61,729 bases of DNA from a virus, in IMG/VR virus record IMGVR_UViG_3300029821_000004, positions 1 through 61,729 of that record. One strand, written 5' to 3'. This document shows, piece after piece, positions 17,401 through 23,400 of the stretch. The notes beneath the pieces were generated by a model. It did no database searches. It had not been told where the DNA came from and saw only the letters and a program-made list of their open reading frames with translations. A program made the position numbers and the translations under genes. How positions within the stretch are numbered: position 1 is the stretch's first letter; the number at the start of each line of letters is the position of its first letter.

Positions 17401-20400
17401 AAGGATAAGACATTTGAGGCGAGGAAGAATACTACATTTTATAATGGAAGTAAGGATATGGATGCTTCAAGAGTAAGTTCTTATTGGGGTACTAATCTTG
17501 AAATGGCAGCAAGGGCGTTTGAGGCCTATGTGGATGATAGAATAAAGGAAGCGGGGGCAAGGAACGACTATTTAGTGCATTCGGTAAATAATTACATATA
17601 CGAGGTGCTTTATGATGCAAAACCATACCCGGAAGGAGAAGAAAGACAGAACATAAATAAAGCATTTGATAACCTATTTAAGGTATTGGAAGAAAAGATA
17701 GACGAAGAGGGTAATACTCTTCTTTATCGCACAAGCGACAATACCGACTTAACAGATTTTAAACGAGCTCAATTTAATATCATACAAGCAACTAATCCGA
17801 TGCTTGATGATTATCATACCGGAATAAGGAGCGTAGAGGATATTTATACATTCGAGGAGGCATATCGGAAAGATATAGACACAGATAATTTTATGCTATC
17901 TCCTGACTATAAACAGAAAGATGTAGAAGATGCCCTAGAAAGCGGAAGTATTACAATATACTCCTCAAAACCTATACAGAACGGAGTATTTGTTACTCCA
18001 AGTAAAATGGAAGCAGAAGCGTATTCAGCTAATGGGAAAACTTACTCTAAAATAGTAGCTTTAAGTGATGTTGCTTGGATAAATAATTACGAGGGGCAAT
18101 ATGCAAAACAAGACACTAATCTTTATCGCACCATAGGCGAACGAGGCGTATCTAACCAATCCGAAGAAGCTATCATAAGACTTGATAACTTGAAAGTAGC
18201 AAGAGAAATGGAGACTCAAAACAAGTCCCAAAAACAAATCAAACTTGCGACAGGATGGGAGAGAGGCAAAGATACTAAATGGAGGTATGAAGTTGAGGAT
18301 GATATTACTATTAAAAAAATACCAACTTTGGAGTTTCCACCTAAGTTTCATAAATTTGACGAAATATTTGAGAGTAAGACCTTATTTAAGCAATACCCTC
18401 AAATAAAGGATATAAAGGTTGTATTTATTGATAAGCCAAATGGTGGATTTGGTTCATTTACACCGATTGCTGACATTTTAGAATTAAATATAAATGAAGG
18501 ATTATTACAGAGGCTCTTGCGTGGACTACGCAGATCCACTACAAGAGTGGAAACCTCAGAAAATAGAGGAAATGACCAAAGTAGAAATGATTATGCAGAT
18601 GTTCTGGGACAATCCCTTGTTCACGAAGTACAGCATATTATTCAAATGTATGAAGGTTTTACCCAAGGCAGTCGTACAGAGGATATACAAGCACTTTATC
18701 CGGAACTTGTCGTGGAGCGACTTAAAGCTAATGAGTCAATGGGAGAGCCAACGGATGATGAAGGCGTGTTTGGAAGCAGTGGCACAAGGGCGGCAAGAGA
18801 TATATATTACAAAACCGCTGGGGAGGTAGAGGCAAGAAATGTAGCAAGGCGTTTAGATATGCCTTTACAAGAAAGATTAAGCACTTTACTTTCCGAAACA
18901 GAGGATGTTTCAAGAGAAGATCAAATCATTTTAGGGGAACAATTAAGTTCAGGACTCCTTCTGAGAACCCCTTATTTCTACTCCCCAACGGAACAGGCCT
19001 TAAATTCAATCAAACAAGAAAAAGCAACTCCCGAGCAATGGAGGGCTATGTTGCTCAAAAACGGAGCGAAACAGGCTGAAATGGACTGGATGGGATTTGA
19101 CGAATTTAGTCAAGACAGGAAAAGTCTAACTAAAGCAGATATTCAAGAGTGGATTGACCAGAATAAGATTGAGATAGAGGAGGTTGAGAAAAGACAAGAG
19201 AGTGGTTCTATAACAAATGAATTAACTGATAATGCAAAAGAAGAACTCGAAAGACTGCAAGAAATTGAACAACGTTGGTTATCTATTGAATCAGCACAGG
19301 TAAATGGTTATGAATTAACTAAAAAAGATCAAGAAAGATTAACGGAGTATGAAAATGAATTTGAAGATATATCAGAGGTTAGTGATAAAATAAATGATCT
19401 TCAAAACGATGCAAATAACTATAAACTTGACGAAAATGGCGATACCAAATACTCCCAATACCAACTCCCCGGAGGAACCAATTACAAAGAGTTGTTATTG
19501 ACGATGCCTTCAAAATTGGAAAAAGAGAAGAGAAGGCAAGAAAACGCAAACGAGTTTATAAATATTGAAGAAGGAAAATACCAAGACGACTTCCACTCCG
19601 GTCACTGGGATGAACCAAACATCCTTGCTCATATAAGATTCAACGAGAGAGAAGTAAACGGAGAAAGGATACTATTCTTAGAAGAGATACAATCAGATTG
19701 GGCTCAGAAAGGGAAGAAGGATGGGTTTGTAAATGATAGGGATAAGTCTATCTATAATTTTGCAAAGTCAATCTATAATATAAAGATAGCTGCACTACGA
19801 AAGCAAATATCACAAGAAGAGGCTGAGCGAAAACTATTATCAGAGAAAGTATTATCAGAATCCCAAGGGATAACAGAGCAGGAAATAAATCAATTTCTCT
19901 ATAAATATGGAGATTTTACAATGCCATACGCAGCAGCAGTCCCCGATATGCCTTTCAAGAATACCGACCAATGGGTAAACCTTGCGCTCCGTAGGATGAT
20001 GATTTTCGCAGCAGAGAACGGATTTGACAGGATAGCTTGGACAACGGGCGATATTCAAGCAGAGAGGTACGATTTGAGTAAGCAGGCGAAGCGCATACAG
20101 TTCTTTAAGCAAAAGGATGGCACATACCGTGGTATAGCATACGATAAGGATGATGATGTTGCTATGAATTTTAATGGAGATGCAAATAAACTTGAAACAA
20201 TTATAGGCAAAGAGGCTACTCAAAAAATAGTTGAAAAAGCAGAAGAGACGGGGAGGCAATATTATCTAAATAACCAAGATCTCAAAGTAGGCGGACAAGG
20301 TATGAAAGCCTTTTACGACCAGATACTCCCTGCACAAGCAAATAAGATAGGCAAAAAGTTTAACGCAAAGGTTGAGAGTGTTGAAATTCCTGCAAGTGAG

Positions 20401-23400
20401 GTAGCTTTTAATGAGAATAAAGAACTCGATCCTGCCGACTTTACACCTAAAGCACAAGAGTACACAAGCAGATACGAAGAGTCCATTGAGGAAAACGGAG
20501 ATTATTCTGCAGAGGACTACATTGACGATATGGCTAAAGAAGGTTTTATAGTTGAAATGGACTTCAATTCAGGAGAGCCTATCTCAGTAATGAAAGCCTC
20601 TAAAGGAAATACTACTCCTGTTCAATCAATCCCAATAACACAAGGGATAAGAGAACAAGCTCAGATTGGTATGCCTCTCTTCTCTATTCTTGGCGAAAAA
20701 GGGGCAAAAGCACTTGATATAGCCAATAATTCAGAGGTTATATTAAACAACCTTGCCATTGCAAAACAATTCACAAAAGACGGCAAAGATGCAAAAACCA
20801 TTCGTCTTGCTACGGGTTGGGAAATGGGTAATGATAAGAAGTGGAGATACGAGATACCTGATGATATTAAGATAAAGCAACTACCAATCGTAGAGGGTAA
20901 TATTCCAAAATTTACTACCTTTGGGGAAATTATTGAAAGTAAGAGTTTACTCACCGCTTATCCTGAGTTAAAAGATGTTCAGGTAATAGTGGAAAATGTG
21001 CCGAGTAAAAACTCATTTGGCTCATACACAGAATTAACTAATACATTATCAATAAATGCGAGTAAAGAAGTATATAGACTTTGGCTGCAGGGACTCAATT
21101 TGGGGACTACTCGGAATGGAGGAGCCACCACAACCACCACCAACAAAGGAGGAATTGATTATGAGACTTTTTTGGGACAATCGGTGGTTCACGAGATTCA
21201 ACATATTATTCAGTCTTATGAGGGCTTTACCAGAGGGAGTAGTACAGAATATATACTCTCGTCTTACCCGGAACCTATCCTACAAGGAGATGTTGATAGT
21301 GGAGGATTGGCAAATGCAGAGGAACGGAAAGCTGCTCGAAGAGCATCTGCGACAGAAATCTATAAAAAACTCTCAGGCGAAGTAGAGGCTCGTAATGCCG
21401 TAGAGCGAATGAATTACTCTGTGGAAGAAAGGCGACAAACCTTACTTTCTGAGACCGAAGATGTGGCAAGGGAAGACCAGATATTGCTTGAAAGCGCAAT
21501 CTTAGGAACCGCCAATTCAGAAATACAAAACACATCAGTATTCAATTTAGCAGAAGAAGCAAATAGACTAGCCTCTAATTTAGGGGTTAAGGTTACTATT
21601 AAATTAGACGCTTCCGATATGCCACCTATGAGGATTGCTTTAAGAAAAACAAAAGGGTGGTTCGATCCAAAAACTAAAGAGATAGTCATTATTTTAAGCA
21701 ATCACGACAGCTTAAAAGATATTCAAGAGACTATCTTCCACGAAGCAGTAGGGCATATGGGGTTAAGAGGTCTTTTAGGGGCGAAATTTAACCCTGTAAT
21801 GAATCAGGTATTCGAGTCTATGCCAAGAGATGCTAGGGCTACATTTTTAGCTAAATACGGAAACAAGGCACTAGCAGCAGAAGAGTACCTTGCAACCTTA
21901 GCAGAACAAGATATTAACCCGACTCTTTTACAGAAGATAATCTCAATAGTAAGAGATGCTTTTAGAGCAATAGGCATAGATTTACGCTTCAATGATAGCG
22001 ATATGCTCTTTATGCTATGGAGGTCAAAAAACAGACTAAAACGCAACCCTACGATTGTAGATACAATAAAAGACTTTAATCGGGTGAAAGAGGTTAAAGA
22101 GAGGCTGAGGGAAGGAGTTATTCCGGAAACAATCTCTATTATCGGAGTACAAAAACCAACCCGCAATAGTGAAGGTAAATACATTCACCCAACAGAAGAG
22201 GGGATAAGGAACTTTTATAAGTGGTTTGGGGATTCAAAAGTGGTGGATAATGAAGGGAGGCCGTTGGTGGTTTATCACGGGACTAATAGTGAATTTAATG
22301 AGTTTAAAAATAAGAAAGATGTTGGATTGTATGGTAGTGGGTATTATTTTACTCAATATAAAGAGACGGCAAACCAATACGGGAACATAAAAGAATATTA
22401 TTTAGCGTCTGAAAAACCAATAATTATAACGCCACAAAAAACCCCATCTATTTTATATAAATTAATAAATGCAAGTGGAAAATATGATTATGGGTATACA
22501 GGAGTTATTGTAAAGGATAATCAAAAAGGGTTGGAATCTATAACCGTTTTTTCTCCCTCCCAAATCAAATCAATAAACAATCAAGGCACATTTGACGGGG
22601 ATAATAACGATATCCGTTTCCGAGAATCATCAGGGCTTGGATTGATTAACAATACAGATTGGCAAGATCAAGTATGGGAACAAAATAAAGATTTAATCGA
22701 GGTTGAGAATTTGGGAATATTTCAACGCAATCAAGAAACGGAAAATATACCTGAAAATTATTCGTCTCAGCACTTTACTTATGAACCGGGATTAAGAGAT
22801 ATTTATGCTAATCCGAAAGCGTATAATGAAGTAGATGCCCTCTATAAAAAACAAGGATATTTAGATGAGGGGTATGTTGAAAATTATTATAACCCAGAAG
22901 ACTTCCAACTAAAAGCAGGGTATGTGGCAGCTATTCAAGCGTCAGAAACGGGCAACCCAAAACAAGTCGGAGGTTCAGCAGACGATACTTACGCTATAAC
23001 CTTTATAGGGGAGAAAATTGCAGATGTTTACGATGGAGAAATAGTAAGGCCTATTCGACAATTAGAAGTGTGGCAAAAACAAGGTAGTAGCTACACTAAG
23101 CTATTAGATAATAGCCTCCGTTTCCGAGATGATGATAACGCCATTCTAGATACAAACGATATCCAACTAACCGCCTCTCAGAAGTTCATTCAAGCAATGC
23201 AAGACCGAATGATGTCGGGGCGTATCTTGATTGATGAGATACAAAAAAGAGGTGGGAAAGTAGGGCAGATGTCAAACTTTGTAACCGAAGAAACTCGTTC
23301 ATCTTCAAGAGGAAAGTATGAGATTGATAATTTCCTAGACAACTATTTTAAACCTTTGACAAACAAAGTCAAAGACTTAATGAACAAGGGAGGCGTTTCT

